Part shown: positions 63,607-64,000 of the stretch, piece by piece | How the letters are laid out: every line of letters starts with the position of its first letter | How positions within the stretch are numbered: position 1 is the stretch's first letter | Assembly (NCBI GenBank): GCA_963674945.2 | Contig: CAXXWQ010000004.1 | Coordinates: forward strand, 1,504,001 to 1,568,000 | Length of the DNA: 64,000 nucleotides | Origin: an uncultured Desulfosarcina sp. | GTDB lineage: Bacteria; Desulfobacterota; Desulfobacteria; Desulfobacterales; Desulfosarcinaceae | Direction of reading: 5' to 3' | Position numbers and translations under genes: made by a program | The notes under the pieces: generated by a model | Databases searched by the model: none | The model's input: the letters and a program-made list of their open reading frames with translations, nothing else | What the model was told of the DNA's origin: nothing

Positions 63607-64000
63607 CTAGTCGGCGAGTTGTATGTCCTTACCCGTCAGCACCCTGTTCATATTGCGAACCGCACACATCTTGCCGCACATGGTGCAGCTGTCCTCGTGC
63701 TCGGGGGGCGAGCTCTGTCTGTAGCGCCTGGGTTTTTCCGGGTCCATGGCCAGATCGAGCATCTTCTCCCAATCCAGGTCGGCGCGCGCTCGGCTCATGT
63801 CATCGTCCCACTTTCGCGCGCCCGGAATCCCCTTTGCGATATCGGCGGCATGGGCGGCGATGCGGGTGGCGATGATACCCTCTTTCATATCCTCTGCATC
63901 CGGAAGGCGCAGGTGCTCGGCCGGCGTGACGTAACACAGAAAATCGGCACCGTTGGCAGCGGCGATGGCCCCGCCGATGGCGCTGGTGATGTGGTCGTAA
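63607..64000 (-). CDS. thiC: Phosphomethylpyrimidine synthase, 3' part
   Basis: [40 protein letters not shown] BzaF-like paralog cannot be excluded from this fragment. Confidence 0.88.
   Translation of the reverse strand, partial: YDHITSAIGGAIAAANGADFLCYVTPAEHLRLPDAEDMKEGIIATRIAAHAADIAKGIPGARKWDDDMSRARADLDWEKMLDLAMDPEKPRRYRQSSPPEHEDSCTMCGKMCAVRNMNRVLTGKDIQLAD

Overview
64 kb of bacterial chromosome whose gene content and protein families point to a sulfate-reducing deltaproteobacterium, probably Desulfobacterales or Desulfosarcina-like (inferred). Left to right, the window holds: the 5' part of an iterative type I PKS with enediyne-PKS (PksE)-type signatures and tandem ACPs, which runs off the window and is absent from the ORF track; a divergent GalT/HIT-like protein; a GlrK-QseG-GlrR-like triad; an ECF sigma/ZAS anti-sigma pair; a PilZ-tailed hybrid kinase; prs and redox genes; a ~13 kb oxygen-defence cluster (trxC, tpx, rbr, dfx, flavodoxin, cydAB, cytochrome c, two rubredoxins, flavodiiron protein, ferredoxin, several Cys-rich mini-proteins); a patchy region with a serine hydrolase split by an in-frame amber stop and two hybrid kinases; USP plus a TolC-MFP-RND pump; an orphan MotA/MotB-like pair; minDE behind a promoter with tandem NrdR-like boxes; cysE-cysK; an orphan RiPP-type radical SAM methyltransferase; a complete IS with a 5-bp target duplication; and the 3' end of thiC. 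Several 100-140 bp intergenic palindromic elements are present. No rRNA, tRNA or CRISPR array was seen. All family calls come from motif recognition, not database searches.
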